A DNA stretch of 64,000 nt, taken from the IMG/VR virus record IMGVR_UViG_3300045988_174371, positions 128,001-192,000 of that record; one strand, given 5' to 3'. Numbering within the stretch: position 1 is the stretch's first letter; every line of letters begins with the position of its first letter. The stretch comes from a virus. The notes beneath the pieces were generated by a model. It saw only the letters and a program-made list of their open reading frames with translations, was not told the DNA's origin and made no database searches. Below, in pieces: positions 1-8,690 of this stretch. Made by a program: the position numbers and the translations under genes.

Positions 1-41
1 GCCCCTCTAGAACCTGGGAAGTAGTCAGGTTCTAGAGGGGC
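1..41. terminator. GC-rich hairpin (14-bp stem)
   Basis: gcccctctagaacc (1-14) pairs with ggttctagaggggc (28-41). It lies downstream of minus gene 162..641. Confidence 0.5.
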
Positions 42-161
42 GCACCTTGTGCATCTTGCGACGCACTATTTGCAATGAAGATGCTACCAGTTTAGCAGTG
101 TCACGACTAGTATGCAAGCCATCCAGCGAGTGACCTTAAACACGTCCATATTTCTTCTCTG

Positions 162-641
162 CTAGAGGGTGCCTGCGATAGCGTCTGCCTGCTTGAACTT
201 CTTGCCTCGAAGCGTGAAGTAGGTAGCGGCTCGGTCAATAAATGCCTGGTCGCCCTTATTGCGTGAATCTAGCACCTCTCCAAGCTCTCGCAGGTGTACG
301 TCATAGTGAGCCTCAACGCTAACGTATTCGCGCTTGAGTGCTTCGAAGTCGCAATTATGACTTGCCAGCTTTTGGGCGAAGTAGCGGCGAGTGTTAGTCA
401 GGTTGTGCTCCGCATCTGACATGACTTCATCAATAGCCCATACCACATCCCACACACTCCGGGGTTCGGGGTTTTTAACACCATTAACATGCGGGGTGAG
501 CTTCTTCTCAGCTCGTTTATCGCTATTCAGAGCGTCCACCATATTGTCCACTCGAACATAGAGTCTATCCATCTGGGCATAGAGGCTCTTCAGCCTGTCC
601 TTGATGCGCTCCGGGGTCAGGTGGCTGTAGTATGTGGTCAT
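162..641 (-). CDS. hypothetical helical protein (159 aa)
   Basis: ORF 162..737 trimmed to the ATG at 641, which sits behind a GAAAGG SD. Cassette promoter at 708-737. Confidence 0.6.
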   Translation of the reverse strand: MTTYYSHLTPERIKDRLKSLYAQMDRLYVRVDNMVDALNSDKRAEKKLTPHVNGVKNPEPRSVWDVVWAIDEVMSDAEHNLTNTRRYFAQKLASHNCDFEALKREYVSVEAHYDVHLRELGEVLDSRNKGDQAFIDRAATYFTLRGKKFKQADAIAGTL

Positions 642-707
642 GATAAACGCCCTTTCGGTAAGAGAGTGATTTCCGCCTTTCCGGTGCCTCCGGCGGCTTA
701 TATGAAT

Positions 708-737
708 ATCGTACCACAGAATTACCCCTCCACGCAA
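708..737 (-). promoter_or_regulatory. cassette-family promoter
   Basis: Minus-strand read: TTGCGT, 18 nt, (TGTGG)TACGAT. Confidence 0.55.
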
Positions 738-787
738 GCCGGTTTTGTATGTGCTGGCTCACATAGAGGGGTAACGGGCATGGCTCA

Positions 788-1183
788 CTACGAAAGCGGC
801 GACCCTGCGCGGTAAGGGAAGCGGGCAACTTCTACCGTGATAGATTCGCCGTCGGTTGAGATAGATTCGACCTCACCGACTGCATCGAAGTTTCGCATTG
901 CCCAAAATGCGACGTGCTGTTCGCTCTCCACGTCATACACGCTATCGTCAAGCTTTCCGTAGAGCATATCATTGTCGCCTTCTACAGGCTCTACAGCTGA
1001 GCCGTCGCCCATATAGAAGTAGAGTTCCAGGTTCTCAGTTCCGGGGAAACTGGGCTCAATATAGAGCTCTTCGTATTCGATACGCTCTACAAGCTCTTCC
1101 AGGTCTACGCCTTCAAGGTCAGGGGTGACGGTAAACGCAATGCTTTCACCAGGGGTAAAGGGCGAGGGCTTAAGTCCATACAT
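788..1183 (-). CDS. small acidic protein (131 aa)
   Basis: ORF trimmed to the ATG at 1183 behind GAAAGGA. The protein is D/E-rich. Confidence 0.6.
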   Translation of the reverse strand: MYGLKPSPFTPGESIAFTVTPDLEGVDLEELVERIEYEELYIEPSFPGTENLELYFYMGDGSAVEPVEGDNDMLYGKLDDSVYDVESEQHVAFWAMRNFDAVGEVESISTDGESITVEVARFPYRAGSPLS

Positions 1184-1290
1184 CGTTAGGTGTTCCTTTC
1201 GGGGGGGGGTGGGCAACTATTGTTTGGTGTTGCCGGTGGTGGGATAGGTTGCCGCGCGTCTAGGGGCGGGTTTCTCTCGGTGTGAGAGTT

Positions 1291-1329
1291 CCCCCTCACC
1301 CCGCCAAAAACACCGGCGGGGTGAGGGGG
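1291..1329 (-). terminator. hairpin terminator of 1342..1713
   Basis: ccccctcaccccgcc pairs with ggcggggtgaggggg (15-bp stem). Confidence 0.6.
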
Positions 1330-1341
1330 TGGGTAAGGGTG

Positions 1342-1713
1342 TTAGTTCATCTGTCCACGCTTTGCCTCCATGCCCTCGTTGAAAATCTTAATTTCGCTTG
1401 CTACCGCGTCCTGCCAGTACTTGATGTTCACATCGCGCTTGATGAGTTCTTCATCTGCGATACCTTCTTCCTTCTGCCATTCGCGGGACTCTTCGCGGTG
1501 CTCGATGCAGTCAGTTTCGTTGTATGCGAAGTTTTCGTATGCCTTATCCAGTGCGACTTCCTGCTCATTGGTCATGGAGCGCTGGTTCTTCTTGATGTAC
1601 TTGAAGACTTCGCTCTTTTCCTTCTGGGCGGCTTCGAGAATGGTCTTGAATGCCTTACGGATAGCACCGTGGGTCTTGAGGTCTGCAACATTGATAGTGG
1701 AAACGGTCTGCAT
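1342..1713 (-). CDS. hypothetical helical protein (123 aa)
   Basis: ATG at 1713 lies 9 nt after GAAAGG. The track ORF began at an upstream TTG. Confidence 0.65.
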   Translation of the reverse strand: MQTVSTINVADLKTHGAIRKAFKTILEAAQKEKSEVFKYIKKNQRSMTNEQEVALDKAYENFAYNETDCIEHREESREWQKEEGIADEELIKRDVNIKYWQDAVASEIKIFNEGMEAKRGQMN

Positions 1714-1743
1714 GATTGGCAACCTTTCGGTAGATGATTTACT

Positions 1744-1762
1744 GTAGCATTCCTTGGCTACA
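1744..1762 (-). promoter_or_regulatory. 5' leader stem-loop (short variant)
   Basis: TGTAGC-CAAGGAAT-GCTACA starts about 7 nt after the -10 element. Confidence 0.45.
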
Positions 1763-1767
1763 TTTAT

Positions 1768-1797
1768 AGTATGCCACAGATTCTATCATGCGTGCAA
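1768..1797 (-). promoter_or_regulatory. cassette-family promoter
   Basis: TTGCAC, 18 nt, (TGTGG)CATACT. Confidence 0.55.
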
Positions 1798-1874
1798 GTC
1801 GATACGGCATGGGGTGCATCACATGCTTAATTAGGGGAACATCTTTCATGGCATTTGCCTATGAGGTCACATAA

Positions 1875-1926
1875 AAGCCACCTATCCCGCCGTGCTGTAT
1901 TTGCGCAGGTAGGGTAGGTGGCTTTC
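1875..1926 (-). terminator. hairpin terminator of 1995..2426
   Basis: aagccacctatccc pairs with gggtaggtggctt. Confidence 0.45.
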
Positions 1927-1994
1927 TTGATGCAGGCGCAGGCGGCAACGTAGGCAACCGTCAAAGGCACTACAGATTGCCACCATGCCACATG

Positions 1995-2426
1995 CTACTT
2001 CTTAGGAATGCGCACGCCATTCTTAATCTCATAGAGGGTGAACTGAGCCTCTTTGTCTGCCGGGTCACTAAGGGTTAGTTTCCAGTCGGTTGCGTAGCCA
2101 TCTCGCCATGAAGCGCCTTCGAATAGGTGGCGGTTGCCGTCACCGGGGTTGAGGAACTTAATTCTGCCGACCTTCTCACCCGTCTCAGAGTAGATGGTTA
2201 GACCGCATTCAGTAGTCCATTCCTCGCTGGTGTATTCATAGCCGGAGTATGGGGCAGTATGTTCAGTTTTCTTAATCCAGTCGTCACTGTAGACCTTGGC
2301 GTACTTGCCTTTGCGGTTGATGCGCCCTACAGCTTGAGCGAGGGTCTTCTCACCCTTATGCAGGGGCACTTCGACCTTGAGGTCGAGCCCATCGTTACCG
2401 AATCTAATTGACAGGTTTTCCGTCAT
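1995..2426 (-). CDS. hypothetical protein (143 aa)
   Basis: Full ORF with ATG behind GGAAAGGTGAAGGA. Confidence 0.65.
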   Translation of the reverse strand: MTENLSIRFGNDGLDLKVEVPLHKGEKTLAQAVGRINRKGKYAKVYSDDWIKKTEHTAPYSGYEYTSEEWTTECGLTIYSETGEKVGRIKFLNPGDGNRHLFEGASWRDGYATDWKLTLSDPADKEAQFTLYEIKNGVRIPKK

Positions 2427-2568
2427 TATTCCTTCACCTTTCCTTTAAGGCGCGCTTAGGTTTCACGGGTTAAAAGTGCGCCTCGTCGCGCGCGTTTAAA
2501 ACAAATAGCCCTAAGGGGCTTTCCAGGGGCACAATCCCTCCAGAAGCCCCTTAGTGCTATTGTATAGC

Positions 2569-2862
2569 TTATTCAGCGTTGATGATGAGCTTTCCAGCCT
2601 CCCAATCGACAGAGTGAACCATTTCGTCCACCTCAACGCCTTCAACGATACCATTACCGAGGCGGCGCATTACAGCGTCTTCATCGGCAGTATCGACATC
2701 AAGGTCTACAGTAACAGGTGCTACGTAGGTGTCGATAGATACATCCATGACGACCATTCCCTCTAGCGCGTAATAGATGGTGGAGATGACAACCTCAGTA
2801 CCTTCTTCGATAGCTTCGAGAATTTCAGTGTTAGGGTCGAAGGTGAGTTCTACGTGTGCCAT
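2569..2862 (-). CDS. small acidic protein (97 aa)
   Basis: Trimmed to the ATG at 2862 behind GAAAGG. The upstream part of the track ORF is the translated leader. Confidence 0.6.
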   Translation of the reverse strand: MAHVELTFDPNTEILEAIEEGTEVVISTIYYALEGMVVMDVSIDTYVAPVTVDLDVDTADEDAVMRRLGNGIVEGVEVDEMVHSVDWEAGKLIINAE

Positions 2863-2895
2863 GATGTGAACCTTTCGGTCGAGAGTGGGTATCTT

Positions 2896-2925
2896 TATAG
2901 CCTTCAGGGAGTTCCCCTCGCTACA
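2896..2925 (-). promoter_or_regulatory. 5' leader stem-loop
   Basis: Outer stem TGTAGC/GCTATA, inner stem AGGG/CCCT. Confidence 0.5.
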
Positions 2926-2930
2926 TTTCC

Positions 2931-2960
2931 AGTATGCCACAGATTAAGCCCACTACACAA
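2931..2960 (-). promoter_or_regulatory. cassette-family promoter
   Basis: TTGTGT, 18 nt, (TGTGG)CATACT. Confidence 0.55.
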
Positions 2961-3021
2961 CTCAGACTTGTGTTAAGTGAGTCACACAATAGAGCGCAAG
3001 TATAGCGCCCTAGCACAGGGC

Positions 3022-3390
3022 CTATTTCTCAACCTTCTTGAAAGATGCTCTAACCGCGTACATGAGAGCCACCATAAAGCAGGAAGCAATGGAGTTCAAG
3101 ACGAGTGAAGCAATTACTGCAATAACGATAGGGAACCCGCCGTTAATGCCAGCCCTAGTGCAAACGTCTGTGGTAAGACTGCCCAGGAAGCATAGCCAGA
3201 AAACATAGGTGAATAAGGTTATGATACTAGCCGCAGGTGCGTCATCATCATCTTCAAAGAACGCAATGAGGCAGTACAAGGCAAGCAGGATAGCGCCCGC
3301 AATAATGCCAGGGACGAAGAACAGCAGGAAGAGCGGAGCTTCGGCAAAGAACTTATACGGGTCGAGGGAATTGAAGAAATCAACAAGCAT
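3022..3390 (-). CDS. small polytopic membrane protein, paralogue 4 of 4 (122 aa)
   Basis: N-terminal motif DPYKFFAEAPLFLLFFVPG is shared with three upstream neighbours. About 4 hydrophobic helices. Confidence 0.65.
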   Translation of the reverse strand: MLVDFFNSLDPYKFFAEAPLFLLFFVPGIIAGAILLALYCLIAFFEDDDDAPAASIITLFTYVFWLCFLGSLTTDVCTRAGINGGFPIVIAVIASLVLNSIASCFMVALMYAVRASFKKVEK

Positions 3391-3432
3391 ATATGCTTCC
3401 TTTTACTAGTATTGAATCGGTGGCTTGCGTAG

Positions 3433-3843
3433 CTACTTACTCTCGCGGCTACCGCCTACCGCCTCTTGTACTTGGCTACTAGGGAACAGGAAGCCGCCTA
3501 CGCTAAACACTGCACGTGCCGCAATGAGTGCCGTAACCACATTGGAGATTGTGCCTACGGCAACCGCTAGAACCAGTGGGTATCCGTCCATGACACCTGC
3601 ACGCAAAAACACCTCAGTTAGAGTGCTTAGCATCCAAACGGTTCCACCAATGGTAGATAGAACGCCAAGCGCGAGTGTTAGCCCCTCAGCCGCCCCACTG
3701 CGACCAAGAACCACTCTAAGCAAAGCGTAGATGGCGGATAGGGTGATAATGTAGGTAATTCCAGGGGCAACGAATGACACCCACAGGGGCGCATCAATGA
3801 GGAACCTTACGGGGTCGAAGGCGTTAAACAAATCAATGAGCAA
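3433..3843 (-). CDS. small polytopic membrane protein, paralogue 3 (136 aa)
   Basis: TTG start behind GAAAGGA. Motif DAPLWVSFVAPG. Confidence 0.6.
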   Translation of the reverse strand: MLIDLFNAFDPVRFLIDAPLWVSFVAPGITYIITLSAIYALLRVVLGRSGAAEGLTLALGVLSTIGGTVWMLSTLTEVFLRAGVMDGYPLVLAVAVGTISNVVTALIAARAVFSVGGFLFPSSQVQEAVGGSRESK

Positions 3844-3864
3844 CGAGGTTTTTCCTTTCGGTAG

Positions 3865-4260
3865 TTAGTTATCCGTGGCGGCTTCTACCCTACGTAGAAG
3901 CTTTGGGATGTTGGTGAAGGTGATGGCGACTGTAAAGAATGTGAGAGGTAGGGCGGCAACATTGGTGACAATAGATAGTAGGTGCGGGACTACCCACGTT
4001 TCATCAATGAGCCCCTTAGATTGAAACACGGGAGGGAGGCTACAAAGTGTCGCAATGAGGGCGAAGAAAATAGCGATGCCTGCGAGCGCTTGCGCCCCGC
4101 TATCCTTGAAGTTATTGCTTTCGTTTGCGCCAGCAAATACGGCGCAAATAGCACAGAGCAGAATGCCTGCAACTACTCCAGGCGCGACAAACAACACCCA
4201 GAGAGGCGCGTCAGCGAATACATGCTGGAGCATATCGGCAATACTTGCGGTGAAGAGCAC
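3865..4260 (-). CDS. small polytopic membrane protein, paralogue 2 (131 aa)
   Basis: GTG start behind GAAAGGA. Motif DAPLWVLFVAPG. Confidence 0.6.
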   Translation of the reverse strand: MLFTASIADMLQHVFADAPLWVLFVAPGVVAGILLCAICAVFAGANESNNFKDSGAQALAGIAIFFALIATLCSLPPVFQSKGLIDETWVVPHLLSIVTNVAALPLTFFTVAITFTNIPKLLRRVEAATDN

Positions 4261-4286
4261 GTTAGGGGTTTCCTTTCTGTGGGTGG

Positions 4287-4649
4287 CTACTTATCGCTAG
4301 TAGCATCTACTTTGTGTAGTAGCTGGATGATGTGAGGGGCGGTCATCTCAAGTAGGGCGAATAGGGGGAGTGAAAGAACTAGGCTTGCAACGAGTACGCC
4401 CAGACTCATGTTTAGAACTTCTGTCCCTTCGAATCCCTTTTTCTCAAACACGCTAGGGGCAATTATGAGAACTGCCGCGATGCCTGGGATAAAGGTAAGT
4501 AGGCAAGCCACCTCCTCATCCATGACATTAGAAAGCCTGTAGCCAATTGAGATTAGGGCGGCGAACATGAACCCAGGGGCGATGAATACCATCCATGTAG
4601 GTGCGGTAACTAGCACCTGCGGAACTGCAATTGTTGCGACCGTGAGCAT
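4287..4649 (-). CDS. small polytopic membrane protein, paralogue 1 (120 aa)
   Basis: ATG behind GGAAAGGA. Motif APTWMVFIAPG. Confidence 0.6.
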   Translation of the reverse strand: MLTVATIAVPQVLVTAPTWMVFIAPGFMFAALISIGYRLSNVMDEEVACLLTFIPGIAAVLIIAPSVFEKKGFEGTEVLNMSLGVLVASLVLSLPLFALLEMTAPHIIQLLHKVDATSDK

Positions 4650-4739
4650 TGGGGAATCCTTTCCTAGAGAGCGGTTATAGTGAAGTGCATACTGGACGCA
4701 CTCTTTTTAGGGGCTTACCCCCTTATTGTTGCAATCCCC

Positions 4740-4768
4740 ATTATACCCCATAATCCGTTTTGGCAATT
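4740..4768 (-). promoter_or_regulatory. possible promoter of the 4-gene membrane operon
   Basis: Minus-strand TATAAT at 4740-4745 preceded by TATGGGG. The -35 element is poor. Confidence 0.35.
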
Positions 4769-4829
4769 GGTGGCAAGCTCGAAGACTTCCTCTTACATTG
4801 CCTTGTGGCACACCTCACGCAAATCCAAC

Positions 4830-4859
4830 TTGCATACAGTTTTAAATCTGTGATAGACT
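4830..4859 (+). promoter_or_regulatory. cassette-family promoter (only plus-strand copy)
   Basis: TTGCAT (4830-4835), 18 nt, (TGTGA)TAGACT (4854-4859). Confidence 0.6.
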
Positions 4860-4927
4860 ATAGATATAAGGCGAGGGAATGAAGCCCTAGCTACTAAACC
4901 ACAAACCAACCGAAAGGTCTATCAATT

Positions 4928-5308
4928 ATGGGTCACATGCCTAACGGAATTGCTCTCGCTTTCCCCGATGACGAGCCCATTGTTTCCGAGTTCACCCCTG
5001 ATGCAATTGAGGGTGTTACCTTCCAGGAAATCCTCAAGGAAATTCAGGAAACCACCACCGAGTTAGCTATCGACACCCGAAGCGGCAGTGATGAACTGTT
5101 CCTCATGCCGCGAACCAGCGACGGTCCCGTCGAGATGGGCGGCAAGTTCATCATCGGCAAGGTGACCCTCCCCAATGAGGATAATAACTCTATTCTCCAG
5201 TTCGCCGCCAACTACATGGTGTTTGATTTCTCCCCTGAGATTGAGGAAAACCCCGACATTCCCGGTAGTATCCTGTTCACCGTAGACGCTCTCCGGTGGG
5301 GAATGTAA
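4928..5308 (+). CDS. small acidic protein (126 aa)
   Basis: ATG behind CCGAAAGG. It has its own promoter and a shared bidirectional terminator. Confidence 0.65.
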   Translation: MGHMPNGIALAFPDDEPIVSEFTPDAIEGVTFQEILKEIQETTTELAIDTRSGSDELFLMPRTSDGPVEMGGKFIIGKVTLPNEDNNSILQFAANYMVFDFSPEIEENPDIPGSILFTVDALRWGM

Positions 5309-5319
5309 CTGTAGACCAT

Positions 5320-5365
5320 AAGGAGCCGCCCCTCACATTGCACTTAATGTGAGGGGCGGCTCCTT
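5320..5365. terminator. bidirectional hairpin terminator
   Basis: 20-bp stem: aaggagccgcccctcacatt pairs with aatgtgaggggcggctcctt. It lies between convergent genes. Confidence 0.7.
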
Positions 5366-5492
5366 GTTGCGCCGTATTATGCTAAATGGTGTGCCATACC
5401 TACACCTCGCCTGTGAGAGACACGGCGGGGTGTTTACTCTATCCAGGATAGCGTATTCCACTTATACGCAGAGATGGCTCTCGGTCAGAAGC

Positions 5493-6629
5493 CTACAGGT
5501 ACGGGAAAGGTTTGTACGTCTCATATTGCGGGTCGTCAGGCATTACCTGGAAATGGGTGGGCGCACAATCGCACCTATCGCGTTCTTCCTGCCTCCAGAT
5601 GGCTACTTCGCTCATGTGGTAGCGAACCTCAGATTCGCCGCCACATACAATGTAGCCGCCATCGTCAATTCTGGGGTATTCATCGAAGTGGTAGACATCC
5701 GTCATGTATTCATCTTTCGGGTTGCCAATCACCACTACAGTAAAGCCCAGCGTTCTGCCGGGCTCTGCGCAAATCTTGGGTAGAACCTCAAGCTTATTGA
5801 TGGTGTGGACGCACTGGTTTCCGCCCAGCAGGGGGTAGTAAGCCCCAAAGCTGAGCTTGCCGCCATCAACCATGATGACACCCTCTTTGCCATTAGGGAG
5901 CTTGACGTTGATACCACTAGCGCCTGCGGCTGAGTCTACCACCACGTCCACGTCGGCTATGGGTGCGCCTGCAAGGGCTAGGCGCACACGCTCACCCTTA
6001 TGGAAGCCTATAAGCAGGTTATTGTTGGTGGGGTTGGTGAGCTTGAGGAAGTTGCGCTGTTCGCGAGGTTGCTTTGAATGGTATGCCTTTGAAACTTGGT
6101 TCATCATTAGGTGCTGAAGGCTTCCAATGATTCCAGTAAGCGCGGCAGTCGCCTTTTCAGAACCAAGGTTACAGACTTCGCTAGTTTGAGCTCTGTTGAT
6201 GATGTGGTTGAGCTGTTCCTTGGATAGTTCGTGTGGCTCGCGGGCGGCGATACGGCAGAGTGCTGAGATGTCCGTTGCCGTAAAGTCGATACCTTCAAGA
6301 TGCTTCATGATGTCGTTGAGGGCACAAGCAACGCTTTTGTCGTGCTCATACGTCGCTTGGGTGGCGCTGAACACTGTCTCCCACTTAAAAGCAGGCACAC
6401 CATCGCCTAGCGCGTCGCCAGACATTGCTACCGGGTATTCCCAGACTGAGCCGCCCAGCTCCCAGGTAATTCGCTTACCATCTACGGGCTTCGTGGTGAC
6501 ATACCTCATGTCGCCGTCAATGTCTCGATACTCTACGTCGTATTCTTCGTAGGTTGGTGAGTTTTTACGGCGGGCAACGAACATGGCGCAGGGGCTTGTG
6601 AGCAGGTGGTTTTCGTTGAGTGCAAGCAT
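5493..6629 (-). CDS. hypothetical protein (378 aa)
   Basis: Long ORF with ATG behind AGAAAGAAAC. Promoter at 6682-6711. Confidence 0.65.
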   Translation of the reverse strand: MLALNENHLLTSPCAMFVARRKNSPTYEEYDVEYRDIDGDMRYVTTKPVDGKRITWELGGSVWEYPVAMSGDALGDGVPAFKWETVFSATQATYEHDKSVACALNDIMKHLEGIDFTATDISALCRIAAREPHELSKEQLNHIINRAQTSEVCNLGSEKATAALTGIIGSLQHLMMNQVSKAYHSKQPREQRNFLKLTNPTNNNLLIGFHKGERVRLALAGAPIADVDVVVDSAAGASGINVKLPNGKEGVIMVDGGKLSFGAYYPLLGGNQCVHTINKLEVLPKICAEPGRTLGFTVVVIGNPKDEYMTDVYHFDEYPRIDDGGYIVCGGESEVRYHMSEVAIWRQEERDRCDCAPTHFQVMPDDPQYETYKPFPYL

Positions 6630-6681
6630 TGATTACGGGTTTCTTTCTGTAGCTGTTTGCGTAACGTAACGGTCGCATTCA

Positions 6682-6711
6682 AGTGTAGCACAGATTAGTG
6701 GTAGTGCAGTG
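6682..6711 (-). promoter_or_regulatory. cassette-family promoter (weak -35)
   Basis: AATCTGTGC-TACACT. Confidence 0.45.
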
Positions 6712-6747
6712 TATTCGCCTAGGATTTTCAGGGATAGGGTATAGATA

Positions 6748-6794
6748 AAGCCCCGCCGGGTAGTGGGAGATGTATCCCAGCCCGGCGGGGCTTT
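6748..6794 (-). terminator. hairpin terminator
   Basis: aaagccccgccggg pairs with cccggcggggcttt. Confidence 0.6.
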
Positions 6795-6818
6795 ATTCCT
6801 CAAATGACAACAAAATCA

Positions 6819-6847
6819 ATTATACCCATAACCGCGCCAGATTGCAA
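6819..6847 (-). promoter_or_regulatory. near-consensus promoter feeding directly into the 6748-6794 hairpin
   Basis: TTGCAA (6842-6847), 17 nt, TATAAT (6819-6824) on the minus strand. Confidence 0.45.
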
Positions 6848-6916
6848 CCCAGCTACCGGGTAGCTTGTTGCTGGTCTGGCTTCCTTTTCGTTCGTGCTGG
6901 GCTATTGGGTGTGTGG

Positions 6917-7864
6917 TTATTGGCGGTTGATGTGTAGCACCGGCTCTTCCCTGTCTGTCCAAATGAAGTACCTGGGTTCGTTGGTCATTGCTGGGTATTT
7001 CAGCTCTACAATGCCCCAGGCATTCGATTTCCTGTATTCGTCCTTGGATAGCCCGTGGAGCTTATGCATGTGGTGTTCTGCCGTGCCTCGTTTGGTGAAC
7101 TTTTCGCCTGCAACCATGTCCGCATACTCTAGTAGGGAGGTGTCGCCTTCAGGGATGGTTAGGATGAGCGGGACACATGGGTTCTGCTTGTTGATGTATG
7201 CTAGTCCTTCGCCGTTTATTGTCGCTGACTCTTCAGATGGGGTGATGGTGAGGTCGCCTATGAGGGTGGAGCCGCCGCCTACCTGAATGTCACCTGCGAT
7301 AGTTACGTTACCCTCCAGGACTGACAGTTCGCCTATTTGAGCGCCTGCGGCGACGTGGCAGGTGCCTGTGATGGTTGAGAAGCCGGAAATGATGGTGTCA
7401 CTGTTGCCGCCGCCAGTGACTCGCGCTGAGTCGGTTACCGCCGCCGATTCAATTAGCACGCGCCCGCCCTGTGAATCGTGGGTTAGCGGGTCGCCTACAC
7501 GCGCCATGCCGCTTACAGCAGAGCACCCGCTCACAATGGCGGTTTCATCCACGAAAGCACCATCACGCACCTGTGCATCATCGGTTACTTTGCCTAGTAC
7601 TACGGCATCGCCTTCAACCCAGCAGTCGCCGTCTTGGGATAGGCATTGTTCGCTTGAGATGTATCCGCCAAGCGCTCCTGGCTGGACGACGGGGAAGCGA
7701 AGCCCTCTGTAGATTGGGCGGAGTGCTTGGATGCGGTATACCGTGTACCCGCCTGGGTATGTGCGAGTATGCGCCGCATCGCGTAGGATGCGGTATTTCT
7801 TCTTCCCTGCCAGCATGTTTGCGGCAACGACTGGAACGGTGGTAATGGGGGTTGCAGAACTCAT
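6917..7864 (-). CDS. YdcK-like left-handed beta-helix repeat protein (315 aa)
   Basis: YRIQAL..PGALGGYISSEQCLSQDGDCWV resembles the E. coli YdcK N-terminal pattern (YQIIAL..GDLGGW..NLSQ.GNCWI). Hexapeptide-like repeats follow. Confidence 0.65.
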   Translation of the reverse strand: MSSATPITTVPVVAANMLAGKKKYRILRDAAHTRTYPGGYTVYRIQALRPIYRGLRFPVVQPGALGGYISSEQCLSQDGDCWVEGDAVVLGKVTDDAQVRDGAFVDETAIVSGCSAVSGMARVGDPLTHDSQGGRVLIESAAVTDSARVTGGGNSDTIISGFSTITGTCHVAAGAQIGELSVLEGNVTIAGDIQVGGGSTLIGDLTITPSEESATINGEGLAYINKQNPCVPLILTIPEGDTSLLEYADMVAGEKFTKRGTAEHHMHKLHGLSKDEYRKSNAWGIVELKYPAMTNEPRYFIWTDREEPVLHINRQ

Positions 7865-7936
7865 GCGGGGTTCCTTTCAAGAGTGTGAGCGGTACCCAGC
7901 AATGATGCGTGGGCGCTCTGATGCTCATATGACTCC

Positions 7937-7966
7937 ATTTTAGCATGTGGTGAGTTGCATGTCTCC
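7937..7966 (-). promoter_or_regulatory. extended -10 promoter
   Basis: Minus strand ATGC-TAAAAT. The -35 element is poor. Confidence 0.4.
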
Positions 7967-8020
7967 TGCTGACCGCTGACAAGGTTTGTGTTTTGGGTGG
8001 GTGATGCCTGCGGGAATGCG

Positions 8021-8058
8021 AGCGCCCCGCCAGGCTTCTAGGGCTCTGGCGGGGCGCT
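8021..8058 (-). terminator. hairpin terminator of 8068..8394
   Basis: agcgccccgccag pairs with ctggcggggcgct. Confidence 0.6.
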
Positions 8059-8067
8059 TCAGGGGCT

Positions 8068-8394
8068 TTAGGCGGTTACGGTGAAGGTGACCGAGTTTTC
8101 TACCTCATCGTACTTCATATTCTCAACCTTGAGGAACTTGTCCTCTGCCTTGGTGAGGAAGCTCTTCTCTTCTTCATCGTTGGTGATGCCGGAGAACATT
8201 GCCGCCCATTCGGGGGTGATGCGCTTTCCAGCGGGGTAGAAGACAGCATCCCAAGCCAGGTCGCCATCTACTTCCTCGGTGTGGATGTAAACGCTCTTAT
8301 CAGAAAGCGTCTCGAAGCCGTTCGGGACTGCGTTGATTGCCTTGAAGCCGTGGATGTTGCCTGCGAGGTTGCCGGTGAACTCGAACTTTGCCAT
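8068..8394 (-). CDS. small acidic protein (108 aa)
   Basis: Trimmed to the ATG at 8394 behind CCGAAAGG. Confidence 0.65.
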   Translation of the reverse strand: MAKFEFTGNLAGNIHGFKAINAVPNGFETLSDKSVYIHTEEVDGDLAWDAVFYPAGKRITPEWAAMFSGITNDEEEKSFLTKAEDKFLKVENMKYDEVENSVTFTVTA

Positions 8395-8430
8395 GATTGA
8401 TAACCTTTCGGTTGATGGGAAACTGTGGCT

Positions 8431-8466
8431 TATAGCTTTGCGGAAGTTTTCCTCTTCCTCGCTACA
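8431..8466 (-). promoter_or_regulatory. 5' leader stem-loop
   Basis: Outer stem TGTAGC/GCTATA, inner stem GGAAG/CTTCC. Confidence 0.5.
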
Positions 8467-8471
8467 TTTAT

Positions 8472-8501
8472 AGTCTAACACATATTTCAAACTGTATGCA
8501 A
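8472..8501 (-). promoter_or_regulatory. cassette-family promoter
   Basis: TTGCAT, 18 nt, (TGTGT)TAGACT. Confidence 0.6.
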
Positions 8502-8577
8502 GTCGATTTGTGGTGAGGTGTGTCACATTGCCCGCAGCCCTTCTTCCCTGCCTGCATGGTACCAATAGCGTAGGCGC

Positions 8578-8618
8578 GGCAAACCCCCACCTCACGATGT
8601 AGCAGGCGGGGGTTTGCC
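8578..8618 (-). terminator. hairpin terminator of 8691..9611
   Basis: ggcaaaccccc pairs with gggggtttgcc. Confidence 0.55.
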
Positions 8619-8690
8619 GTAATCGTTATGGGGTTCTTCTAGCCCTCACGGGGTAGCGGCTCCAGGTAGCCACTACGTCAATAGCCTACC

